Assembly (NCBI GenBank): GCA_043810925.1
Contig: JBDRNT010000036.1
Span: 1-64,000, forward strand
DNA: 64,000 nucleotides
Origin: Candidatus Eiseniibacteriota bacterium
GTDB taxonomy: Bacteria; Arandabacterota; Arandabacteria; Arandabacterales; Arandabacteraceae
Direction of reading: 5' to 3'
Positions within the stretch are counted from its first letter, which is position 1; every line of letters starts with the position of its first letter. Below are positions 18,888 through 27,801 of this stretch, piece by piece. The notes under the pieces are model-generated. The model made no database searches, was not told where the DNA came from, and was given only the letters and a program-made list of their open reading frames with translations. Made by a program: the position numbers and the translations under genes.

Positions 18888-21371
18888 ATGAGAGAATACA
18901 GATTCAAGGAAATCGAAGAGAAGTGGCAGGTACTCTGGGAGTTCAACAAGACCTTCAGCCCGGGAAGACACAGGGACAGACCCAAGTACTACTGTCTTGT
19001 GATGTTTCCTTACCCGTCCGGCGATCTTCACGTAGGCCACGGCCGTAACTATATCCTCGGTGATTCGCTCATGCGCTGGAAGACCAAGGAAGGCTATCGC
19101 GTGATGTTTCCCATCGGCTGGGACGCTTTCGGTCTTCCTGCGGAAAACGCCGCCATCCAGCACAACGTACACCCGCGTATCTGGACGCAGCAGAACATCG
19201 CCCGTATGAGGGAGCAACTGGACGGCTGGGGTATCGGTTTTGACTGGAAACGTGAGGTTGCAGCCTGCGATCCCGACTACTACAAGTGGACCCAGCTCTT
19301 GTTCCTGTGGATGTACAGGAGGGGTCTCGCCTACCGGAAGCAGGCGTCGGCCAACTGGTGCCCCAAGTGTGCCACGGTGCTGGCAAACGAGCAGGTGGTC
19401 GCCGGTGTGTGTGAGCGATGTGAGTCACCGGTGAGTTTCACGCGGCTTGAGCAGTGGTTCTTCAAGATAACCGACTATGCCGAGGAACTCTTAACCGGCG
19501 TAGATGAGCTCGACGGCTGGCCCGAGCGTGTAAAGACAATGCAGCGTAACTGGATCGGGAAGAGCGAGGGAGTGGACATCTACTTCCGTCTTGAGGATGG
19601 AAGGGACCTCCCATGCTTTACGACCAGGCAGGATACGATCTACGGAGCGACTTATGCGGTTCTTTCACCGGACCATCCCGAGCTCGGGGCGATACTGGCG
19701 GGGAGTCCGCATGAGAAAGAGGCGCTTGAGTTCTCGGAGGAGGTAAGACGCCGGGCGCTTGAAAAGCAGCCGGATGACACCGAGAAGGAAGGTATCTTCA
19801 CGGGCAGGTACATCATAAACCCCGTGAACGACGAACGCATACCTCTGTGGATGGCAGACTATGTCGTCGGTGAATACGGAACGGGGGCGATAATGGCGGT
19901 CCCCGCCCATGACCAGAGAGATTTCGAATTCGCCAGGAAGTACGATCTGCCGATAAGAATGGTCATATCTCCCGATGGTGTCTTAAAGGATGGAGAAGGG
20001 TTGGAGGCTGCCTATGAGGGTGAGGGCACCCAGGTCAACTCAGGTCCATTCGATGGACTCTCCAACACGGAAGCAATGGGTAAGATCGCAGACTACATGG
20101 AAGAGAAAAAGATCGGACGGCGCGCTGTACGCTATCGGCTGCGTGACTGGCTGATATCCCGGCAGCGTTACTGGGGCGCACCTATACCGATGGTCTATTG
20201 TGATAAGTGTGGGATAACGCCTGTGCCTGAAGAGGATCTCCCGGTCCTGTTGCCTGAGGTGGAGAAGTTCAAGCCCACCGGTGAGTCCCCACTCACTTAT
20301 GTTAAGAGCTTTGTCGAGACTACATGCCCGTCATGCGGCGGACCGGCGAAGCGGGAAACCGACACGATGGATACCTTTGTCGACTCCAGCTGGTACTACC
20401 TCCGGTATCTGACACCGGATAACAGGGAAAAGCCGTTCGGTGTGGAAGAGGCCTTTGAGTGGATGCCGGTCGATATGTATATCGGGGGCATCGAGCACGC
20501 CATAATTCACCTTCTTTACTCACGCTTTGTTGCGAGGGTATTCGCCGATATGGGACTCATACCTGTGCGCGAGCCTTTCACAAAGCTCTTCACACAGGGC
20601 ATGATATGCAAAGACGGCGCGAAGATGTCCAAGAGCAAGGGAAACACCGTCTCGGCGGATGAGCTGATAGACAGAGTCGGATCGGACACCGTGAGGCTGT
20701 CCACGCTGTTTGTGGGCCCCCCTGAGAAGGATGTTGACTGGCTTGACCGGGGTGTGGAGGGATGCCACAGGTTTATCCACAGACTGTGGCGCGTGGTCGA
20801 CCGTGTGTCCCGATGGAACGTTCGACCCGGGACTCTGGATCCGGAGGAACTCTCACCTGAAGACCTTGCACTCTTGAGGAAGTCACACTGGACAATAAAG
20901 AAGGTCACCGAGGATGTGACCCATAGATTCCACTTCAACACGGCCATCAGTGCAGTGATGGAGCTCGTCAACGAGATGTATAAACGCTGGCCGGAGTCGA
21001 GCGATTCTGCGCCGGGCGTCACTACCGTGCTGGTGATGAGAGGTGCGGCCGAAGCTGCGCTTCATATGCTCGCTCCCCTGATTCCGCACGTCTGTGAAGA
21101 GATGTGGAGCAATCTCGGCCATGTTAAGAGCATATTCGACATGCCGTTCCCCGGCTGGGATGAGGGACTGCTTAAGACAGAGACCGTGACTGTGGTCGTT
21201 CAGATAAACGGCAAGGTGCGAGCCAATATCGAGGTACTTCAAGGTGCAAGCCGGGAGGATGTAGAGACACTGGCCAGGGAGGATGCCTCGGCAAAGAAAT
21301 GGCTGGACGGAAAAACGATCAAGAAATCCTTCCATGTGGAGGATAAACTCATCAGTTTCGTTGTTTCATAA
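18888..21371 (+). CDS. leuS: Leucine--tRNA ligase
   Basis: MFPYPSG, HVGH (HIGH motif), GTGAIMAVPAHD editing domain, RQRYWG and KMSKS. Confidence 0.98.
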   Translation: MREYRFKEIEEKWQVLWEFNKTFSPGRHRDRPKYYCLVMFPYPSGDLHVGHGRNYILGDSLMRWKTKEGYRVMFPIGWDAFGLPAENAAIQHNVHPRIWTQQNIARMREQLDGWGIGFDWKREVAACDPDYYKWTQLLFLWMYRRGLAYRKQASANWCPKCATVLANEQVVAGVCERCESPVSFTRLEQWFFKITDYAEELLTGVDELDGWPERVKTMQRNWIGKSEGVDIYFRLEDGRDLPCFTTRQDTIYGATYAVLSPDHPELGAILAGSPHEKEALEFSEEVRRRALEKQPDDTEKEGIFTGRYIINPVNDERIPLWMADYVVGEYGTGAIMAVPAHDQRDFEFARKYDLPIRMVISPDGVLKDGEGLEAAYEGEGTQVNSGPFDGLSNTEAMGKIADYMEEKKIGRRAVRYRLRDWLISRQRYWGAPIPMVYCDKCGITPVPEEDLPVLLPEVEKFKPTGESPLTYVKSFVETTCPSCGGPAKRETDTMDTFVDSSWYYLRYLTPDNREKPFGVEEAFEWMPVDMYIGGIEHAIIHLLYSRFVARVFADMGLIPVREPFTKLFTQGMICKDGAKMSKSKGNTVSADELIDRVGSDTVRLSTLFVGPPEKDVDWLDRGVEGCHRFIHRLWRVVDRVSRWNVRPGTLDPEELSPEDLALLRKSHWTIKKVTEDVTHRFHFNTAISAVMELVNEMYKRWPESSDSAPGVTTVLVMRGAAEAALHMLAPLIPHVCEEMWSNLGHVKSIFDMPFPGWDEGLLKTETVTVVVQINGKVRANIEVLQGASREDVETLAREDASAKKWLDGKTIKKSFHVEDKLISFVVS

Positions 21372-21399
21372 GGCCCGGCAGCCGGTGTCCATTTTTAGC

Positions 21400-21428
21400 T
21401 TGCATCAAAGCCCGGCCGCTGCCATAAT
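21400..21428 (+). promoter_or_regulatory. Sigma70-like promoter of the S9 peptidase gene
   Basis: TTGCAT-N17-CATAAT. Confidence 0.55.
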
Positions 21429-21510
21429 CCCGGGCGATCACAATTCACGTTACCAGCAGCGTTCGACACCCAACTGCGTTTGTAACCCCTGTGATGCAAA
21501 GGAGGGAAGT

Positions 21511-23442
21511 ATGCGGTATCCAGCACCACCTGTTGCCGGTATCCTGATCTGTCTATGCCTGGCTCTGTCACTCATGATGGGCTGCGCGGAGACTCAAACG
21601 GAGATCATACCGAGAGATGTGCTCTTCGGGAATCCCGAGAAAGTGAGCCCGACCGTCTCGCCTGACGGCACGATGCTCGCCTATCTGGCACCTGTCGATG
21701 ACGTGCTCAATGTCTGGGTAAAGACCATCGGCCAGGAAGACGACAGGGTCGTCACCCGTGACACGGATCGCGGTATCAGGATCTACTTCTGGGCGGCCGA
21801 CGGCAAGCACATCATGTATCTTCAGGATATCGGCGGCAATGAGAACTGGTGTCTCTATGCCGTCAATATCGAGACGGATGTCATGAGGCAACTCACCCCC
21901 TACGAGGGCGTAAGGGTCCAGATCGTCGAACGGGATAAGAACTACCCGGATGAGCTCTTGATCGCCATGAACAAGGAAGATCCCCGGGTCTTTGATGTCT
22001 ATCACCTGAACATTTCCAGCGGTGAGATCACGATGGTCGCCAAGAACCCCGGGAACGTGGTCGGCTGGCTCGCGGACCGAAACATGAAGATCCGCGGATC
22101 GGTTACTCCCACGGCCGAGGGGGGCTTCGATCTCCTGGTCCGGGAGAGCGAGGATTCGGAATGGGTGAAAATCTTAACGTGGGATTCAGACAATAGCCTG
22201 ACAAGCGACCTGATAGGCTTCACCAAGGACGGGAAATACATTTACTGCCAGGATTCAAGGGAAGTAAACGCCAGCCGGCTTGTCAAAATCGACGCCGCGA
22301 CGGGGGAGACGGTCGAGGTACTCGCCGAGGATCCCGTGTACGACGTCGGTGGTGTGATGATCAACCAGGACACCTACGAGCCTCAGGCCGTGGGCTTCGC
22401 CAAGGCAAGGATGGAGTGGGTCATACTTGATGAGTCCATTCGTGAGAATATCGGTGCCATAACCCGGCTGGACCCCGGAGACTTCTTCATAAGAAGCAGA
22501 GATGACGCTGACAGGACGTGGATTGTCGGCTTCACAAGGGATGACGGCCCCATACCGTATTACACCTTTGACCGTGAGACCAATGAGGCCACATTCCTGT
22601 TCTACCACAGGCCCCATCTGACCGACTACACGCTGGCATCAATGGAGCCCATATCCTACAACTCGCGTGACGGCCGCACAATACACGGCTATATCACCTA
22701 CCCGCCGGCCATGGGGAGGAGTAACCTTCCGGTGGTACTCAATGTGCACGGAGGTCCCTGGGCGCGTGACATGTGGGGTTACAATCCCGAGGCGCAGTGG
22801 CTTGCTAACCGGGGTTACGTGTGTCTTCAGGTCAATTTCAGAGGCTCATCGGGTTACGGCAAAGTGCATCTCAACGCGGGGGACAAGGAGTGGGGTGGAA
22901 AGATGCACGATGACCTGATCGACGGAGTCAACTGGGCGATAGACGAGGGCATAGCGGATCCCGAGAGAATCGCGATTTATGGAGGGTCCTACGGTGGCTA
23001 CGCGGCGCTCGTGGGGGCTACCTTCACCCCGGATGTCTTCTGCTGTGCAGTTGACCTGGTGGGCCCGAGCAACCTCATCACATTCATACAGACCCTACCG
23101 GCGTACTGGCAGCCGACGCTCGATATGTGGTATGACAGGGTCGGCAATCCGGAGACCGAGGCCGACTTCCTTAGATCCCGCTCGCCTCTTTTCAAGGCGG
23201 ACCAGATCAAGATCCCGATGCTGATCGCCCAGGGAGCGAACGATCCCCGGGTCAAGCAGAGCGAGAGTGAACAGATTGTCGCGGCGATGGAGGCAAACGG
23301 GATCGAATACGAATACATGCTCTTTGAAGATGAAGGCCACGGCTTCGCCAAGCCTGAGAACCGGCTTGAGTTCTATGCAGCTACCGAGGCGTTCCTGGCC
23401 AAGTATCTCGGAGGCCGTTCCGAGGACCAGCCGACCGAATAA
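21511..23442 (+). CDS. S9-family (acylaminoacyl/dipeptidyl) peptidase, probable lipoprotein
   Basis: ATG after GGAGGGA, lipobox MMGC, HGGP, and catalytic triad motifs GGSYGG, GANDPRV and EGHG. Confidence 0.93.
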   Translation: MRYPAPPVAGILICLCLALSLMMGCAETQTEIIPRDVLFGNPEKVSPTVSPDGTMLAYLAPVDDVLNVWVKTIGQEDDRVVTRDTDRGIRIYFWAADGKHIMYLQDIGGNENWCLYAVNIETDVMRQLTPYEGVRVQIVERDKNYPDELLIAMNKEDPRVFDVYHLNISSGEITMVAKNPGNVVGWLADRNMKIRGSVTPTAEGGFDLLVRESEDSEWVKILTWDSDNSLTSDLIGFTKDGKYIYCQDSREVNASRLVKIDAATGETVEVLAEDPVYDVGGVMINQDTYEPQAVGFAKARMEWVILDESIRENIGAITRLDPGDFFIRSRDDADRTWIVGFTRDDGPIPYYTFDRETNEATFLFYHRPHLTDYTLASMEPISYNSRDGRTIHGYITYPPAMGRSNLPVVLNVHGGPWARDMWGYNPEAQWLANRGYVCLQVNFRGSSGYGKVHLNAGDKEWGGKMHDDLIDGVNWAIDEGIADPERIAIYGGSYGGYAALVGATFTPDVFCCAVDLVGPSNLITFIQTLPAYWQPTLDMWYDRVGNPETEADFLRSRSPLFKADQIKIPMLIAQGANDPRVKQSESEQIVAAMEANGIEYEYMLFEDEGHGFAKPENRLEFYAATEAFLAKYLGGRSEDQPTE

Positions 23443-23451
23443 GTCACTGAT

Positions 23452-23485
23452 GGGGTCGGGCAGCGCTCACTGCGTGCCTGACCCC
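23452..23485. repeat. GGGGTC(A/G)GG-type palindromic hairpin, possible terminator
   Basis: GGGGTCGGGCA...TGCCTGACCCC. The same CTGATGGGGTC(A/G)GG start recurs at about 48082 after another stop codon. Confidence 0.5.
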
Positions 23486-23498
23486 GGTTCTTCCATCC

Positions 23499-23560
23499 GC
23501 AGCGTCGGGGTCTTGTCCCCGACGTTCTTCTATCCGTCGGGCGCAGAGATGCGACGCCAC
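23499..23560. repeat. Inverted pair of REP-like palindromes (REPIN-like)
   Basis: + strand GCAG-CGTCGGG-N8-CCCGACG, then - strand GTGG-CGTCGCA-tctctgcg-CCCGACG. Confidence 0.65.
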
Positions 23561-23649
23561 AACATCCTTGGTTAGACCCTACATTGTTCTTGGCGTGATC
23601 CTTACGATGGTGTAGACTCGCATCAATCCGAGTAGGAGGGAGGTGCCAC

Positions 23650-24576
23650 ATGCTGACTGCGGAGCGTTACCGCGGGGCAATGCTCGGGCTCGCCACCGGT
23701 GATGCCCTCGGCATGCCCATCGAGGGTTATCCGCCAGGCAGGTTTGAGCCTCTCACCGAGATGATAGGTGACCTGCCGCCGGGCCTCAGTGTCGGCCACT
23801 GGACAGATGACACATCGATGGCGCTCTGTCTGGCCGAGAGTCTCATTGAGAAGGGATGTTTCGATCCGGTCGATCAGCTCGAGCGCTACAAGAGGTGGAT
23901 TGAAACAGGCTACATGAGTAGCACCGGTGAGGCCTTCGGTATGGGTATCACCGTCATGGCGGCCCTGGGCCGCTTCAGAGAGACCCATGAGCCCTTTCCC
24001 GGTCCGACCGAACCGGATACGGCCGGGAACGGCTCAATCATGAGACTCGCACCCGTACCGCTGTTTTTCTCCGCCAACCCCCTTGAAGCGATCGAGATGG
24101 CAGGGGAGAGCTCCCGGACAACCAACGGGGCGACGACCGCCGTTGACGCCTGCAGATACATGGCCGCCATCATGATCGGAGCCTTGCAGGGAAAGGCCAA
24201 AGATGAGATCCTCGGGGCCGGTTTCACGCCGGAGCCCGGTTACTGGGACAGAGAACCCCTTGTGGCCGAGATCAGTGAGATTGCGGAGGGCTCCTTTAAG
24301 GAAAAGCAGCCACCCGAGATAGTTGGGACCGGTTACGTCGTAAAGTCCCTTGAGGCGGCTCTCTGGGCCTTCTATACCACAAATTCGTTCAAGGACGGCT
24401 GCCTGGCGGCCGTCAATCTCGGAGACGACGCCGACACGACAGGCGCCGTGTACGGCCAGATCGCCGGCGCCTTCTATGGGGTTCAGGCCATCCCCGAGAA
24501 CTGGCTTGACCAGCTCGTCCAGCGCGAACTCATCCAATCCATGGCCGACAGCCTGCTCATAGCCTCAGATTTGTGA
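23650..24576 (+). CDS. ADP-ribosylglycohydrolase (DraG family)
   Basis: GDALG, WTDDT, GNGSIMR and GDDADTTGA metal-binding motifs. Confidence 0.93.
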   Translation: MLTAERYRGAMLGLATGDALGMPIEGYPPGRFEPLTEMIGDLPPGLSVGHWTDDTSMALCLAESLIEKGCFDPVDQLERYKRWIETGYMSSTGEAFGMGITVMAALGRFRETHEPFPGPTEPDTAGNGSIMRLAPVPLFFSANPLEAIEMAGESSRTTNGATTAVDACRYMAAIMIGALQGKAKDEILGAGFTPEPGYWDREPLVAEISEIAEGSFKEKQPPEIVGTGYVVKSLEAALWAFYTTNSFKDGCLAAVNLGDDADTTGAVYGQIAGAFYGVQAIPENWLDQLVQRELIQSMADSLLIASDL

Positions 24577-24645
24577 CACTCCAGGCCGGAGTGTGGTGAT
24601 TTACCCCTGAAGGTTGAGTCCAGTTTTGGGCCATTTATGATGGCA

Positions 24646-24673
24646 AGTTTACATAATGTGGATTATGCGTACA
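24646..24673 (-). other. dif: dif-like XerC/XerD chromosome dimer resolution site
   Basis: The minus strand reads TGTACGCATAA-TCCACA-TTATGTAAACT (11-6-11), close to the E. coli dif sequence. It lies in a convergent intergenic gap where gene orientation switches. Confidence 0.85.
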
Positions 24674-24749
24674 TGGTATTATCAAACATCCGCCACGACT
24701 GAGGTCAATAGCAGAACGCCTTCATTTCATGTGGGTTAGAGTGTAGAGC

Positions 24750-26945
24750 CTACAGCGTACTCCAGTTTTCAGCCTCGAAATCCGGCCTCGGGACCTTGAT
24801 AGTGAGCAATGTGTGGATCGGCCGCCGCTCGACAGGCTTACCTTCCTTTAAGACAGCGACGCGCAGCGTGACAGTATCACCGGGTGATGCCTCTATGAGG
24901 TCAAACGGGACTGCGACCTCGACAATCTCGAGCGCCACGGCGGTCACGGCCTGCTGGGCATCGGCCGGCTCGATGATGAGTCCCGTGGCTGCCGGTGAAC
25001 GGGCCTCCGGCGCCCTTAACGTAATAAGCCTGTGTGCGGGGTCCTCGAATTCGAGACGAAGGCTCAGTTCGGCAAACTGGATCGCCTGGGGTGAGATCTT
25101 GGTGTCGATACGGAGGAAAAGATGCTTGTGATCGAATCCGAAGTACACGGCATCAACTATGCTGCTTCCGAAAATCACGGGCTCGCTGTCGCGGTAGCTC
25201 TCGTAGAGGCCCGCGAGCTTCCACTCGTAGAAAGTCGTGACCTTGCCATCGAGGACGGGCCTTATCACTGCGGCGGGTTGAAGCCTGATCGCCATACCGG
25301 TCGAGGGTGCCATTATGGGTTCGAGCACTTTGTGAGGTACATGCGCACCGGCGGATTCGTATATGTGCCTGAGGTGCGCTCTAAAGAGCGTGTCGAATTC
25401 CCTGTCCTCCAGCAGGGTGCGCTTCTCGCCGTACCACCAGAACCAGTCGCTTCCCTCAGCCGCGTGAACGCTTCTCCAGGCCGTGGCGCACTTCTCCTCG
25501 CTCAGGTCTTCGTCCCTGGTCTTAAGTTCGGTCCTTGCGGCCTGCAACAGGTCCCAGGCATCATTATCCTCCGGGTGACCTATCCAGGTAGTGAGATTAC
25601 AGTTTATCCACGAACCCGGATAAACGGACTCAAGCGGCGGAGCCTCGGAGTGCATATCAAGTAAGTCCGAAAGCAAGACTGTTTCGATGTCTTCACGCTC
25701 GGAAAGCGCCCCGTAAAGCAGATTGAGAAATGTGTCTCCACCTCGGTCGTAGAACTCCCAGCAATTCTCGCCGTCAAGAGCCACGAGCACAACACTCTCA
25801 CCTGTCTTCTTACCAAGACCCTTCCGTATGCCTTCCAGTCTGCCCACGAAATCCGTCACCGCCTCCCGCGCCGACCAGTCGGCGTACTCGAAACCTATGA
25901 GATCGGATAGAACCCGGTCCCTGAAGAAAATGAGAGCCTCCCCCCCACCACGCTTGAATCTGTGAGGTCTGTAGAGGATATCGCCTCGCTTGATCTCGCC
26001 CGTTTTCGCATCTCGAAGCGTAGCACCGCTGGATGCTTCCAGAATTCCCTCATCGACCGCGACCCACTTGATCCCGCACTCGCATGCGAGCTCCAGGGCC
26101 TCCTCGCTTACGGCACTCTCCGGCGGCCACATGCCGACCGGGGTCTTTCCGAAGATCTCTTCGTGAAGCCTGAGACCCGACTCAATCTGCGCCCGGGCGT
26201 CCTCAGGAAATCTGAATCTGCTTACCGGGAGTCCCGTCCCCGGCTTGGAGACGCTCGCGCTATCAGAATCGCAAAGAAGCGGGAGAATCGGATGGAAGTA
26301 TGGTGACATAGATATTTCTATTCTCCCCTCCTCTTGAAGTTGTCTGTACTTGCCGAGGACGCTCTCCATAATCTCCATGTGCTTGCGGAGCAGGTCCGTC
26401 TTCATGGTCTCGGTGAACCCGCGTTCCCTGGAGCGGAGACTCTCTACAAACGGATCGGTGCTCGCGACCGGACCGATCCATGCGAGATTGCACCAGACCT
26501 GGAGGTCAAGAAAATCCTGGGCGCTCAGCTTCTTCACGGCGGTCTGCACCTTGAACTCCGAATCAAGCGCAATACATTTCTCGAGAAGCGACCTGTAGCG
26601 GGGATAGGGCTCGATCATCGTCTTTCTGTTGCCAAGAAAGAAGTGGCGAATGAGTGAGACCTTCTCCTCGTCGCTGAGCTCGTCCACCCGCTTCATCGAG
26701 AGGTTGAGGTGGATCTCCTGTACGCCGCCTGCCGCGTAATCCCTGATCTGATCCATAAGACAGGGCACCAGATTGAAGTTGCTCTTTATCCCCGGAAAGG
26801 CGTCGAGCCTCACCACCATGTCGTTATAGTCTTTTACGGTATGGAGCCTGACCCAGGGAAGCCTGTACACACCTGTCCGCGGGTTACGGTAGTAGGGCTG
26901 GTGCATGTGCCAGAGAAAAGCAACCTTAAGCGGCAGGGCATCCAT
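24750..26945 (-). CDS. Glycoside hydrolase family 57 (amylopullulanase-like)
   Basis: HMHQP, PYFHPILPLL, WPPE nucleophile, LDGEN acid/base and AEGSDWFWW motifs. Confidence 0.93.
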   Translation of the reverse strand: MDALPLKVAFLWHMHQPYYRNPRTGVYRLPWVRLHTVKDYNDMVVRLDAFPGIKSNFNLVPCLMDQIRDYAAGGVQEIHLNLSMKRVDELSDEEKVSLIRHFFLGNRKTMIEPYPRYRSLLEKCIALDSEFKVQTAVKKLSAQDFLDLQVWCNLAWIGPVASTDPFVESLRSRERGFTETMKTDLLRKHMEIMESVLGKYRQLQEEGRIEISMSPYFHPILPLLCDSDSASVSKPGTGLPVSRFRFPEDARAQIESGLRLHEEIFGKTPVGMWPPESAVSEEALELACECGIKWVAVDEGILEASSGATLRDAKTGEIKRGDILYRPHRFKRGGGEALIFFRDRVLSDLIGFEYADWSAREAVTDFVGRLEGIRKGLGKKTGESVVLVALDGENCWEFYDRGGDTFLNLLYGALSEREDIETVLLSDLLDMHSEAPPLESVYPGSWINCNLTTWIGHPEDNDAWDLLQAARTELKTRDEDLSEEKCATAWRSVHAAEGSDWFWWYGEKRTLLEDREFDTLFRAHLRHIYESAGAHVPHKVLEPIMAPSTGMAIRLQPAAVIRPVLDGKVTTFYEWKLAGLYESYRDSEPVIFGSSIVDAVYFGFDHKHLFLRIDTKISPQAIQFAELSLRLEFEDPAHRLITLRAPEARSPAATGLIIEPADAQQAVTAVALEIVEVAVPFDLIEASPGDTVTLRVAVLKEGKPVERRPIHTLLTIKVPRPDFEAENWSTL

Positions 26946-27634
26946 CAGGAATTCTCAAGCTGCGCCTGTATCTCCAGAAGTGGCATTTTCACCAGGCTCG
27001 CCTGGTTGGAATCCGGATAGAGTTCGATGATTTCGCTGTACGTACTCTCAGCAAGCCGGAGGTCGCCGGCCAGTTCGTAACAGCGTCCCGCCCCCAACAG
27101 GGCATCGGGCGCCAGCGGACTCCCCGGGTGCTCGCGTTGGACCTTAAGATAGTTTTCGGCGGCGTCGCGGAACCGTCCGGTCTGTTCCAGACACTGGGCG
27201 ATCCCCTGCTTGGCCGAAACTGTGAATTCTTCCCTGCGTTTCTTAAGACCCAGGTACTTCTCAAAGAGAACAAGTGCACTGTCAGGTTCGCCTGTCGCGA
27301 ACTTGGCGTTGGCCATGAAGAAGTCAGCATCCGAGTGGCTCCAGGTGCCCCTGAACCGGTCCATGATGCCTGTATAGGCCTGAAGGGCGCTCGACACGTT
27401 TCCCTGCTTGAGATCGAGATTCGCCCGTGCCATCCATGACTTGGCCTCGATCTCTGCCGCCCTGCGCTGACGCATTGCAATCGTTACTATCAGTGCAGCT
27501 ATGATGACAAGCACAATAGCGCCCGCTACCCTCTTGGAATTGTCGCGAACGTACTGAACCGTCTCCATGAAGAATTCGGCAACTTGATCTTCTTTTAACT
27601 CTTTTTTTGTGAGTCTCTTGCGGTGCTTTGCCAC
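26945..27634 (-). CDS. Membrane-anchored TPR protein (YfgM-like)
   Basis: GTG start, N-terminal KKELKED, one TM helix, then several TPR repeats. Confidence 0.85.
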   Translation of the reverse strand: MAKHRKRLTKKELKEDQVAEFFMETVQYVRDNSKRVAGAIVLVIIAALIVTIAMRQRRAAEIEAKSWMARANLDLKQGNVSSALQAYTGIMDRFRGTWSHSDADFFMANAKFATGEPDSALVLFEKYLGLKKRREEFTVSAKQGIAQCLEQTGRFRDAAENYLKVQREHPGSPLAPDALLGAGRCYELAGDLRLAESTYSEIIELYPDSNQASLVKMPLLEIQAQLENS

Positions 27635-27710
27635 TGCTCTCCCCCCGTTTTGAGTAAGGTAGCAGAAGCCAACCTTGAAGGCAAGAGGTTTTTCGACCTC
27701 CCGAAAAAGC

Positions 27711-27738
27711 TTGACAATCGTCCCTCTCCACTTATACT
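27711..27738 (+). promoter_or_regulatory. Sigma70-like promoter of the PP2C sensor gene
   Basis: TTGACA-N16-TATACT. Confidence 0.55.
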
Positions 27739-27801
27739 GCCCGTGGCAAGAAAGCCCTAAAGCCCTGCCCGGCTTTTTCTTGCTTGCCACGGGGGTCGTG
27801 T

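Noticed and set aside
21283-21510. Long N-terminal extensions in the ORF track (S9 peptidase, TPR protein, kinase at 14285, genes at 32571, 53461 and 61687)
   Set aside because: Downstream starts have better RBSs or expose signal peptides, and the extensions overlap promoters or leaders.
23650-24576. ADP-ribosylglycohydrolase as part of a toxin-antitoxin or DraT/DraG system
   Set aside because: No ADP-ribosyltransferase or nitrogenase gene is adjacent; it appears to be stand-alone.
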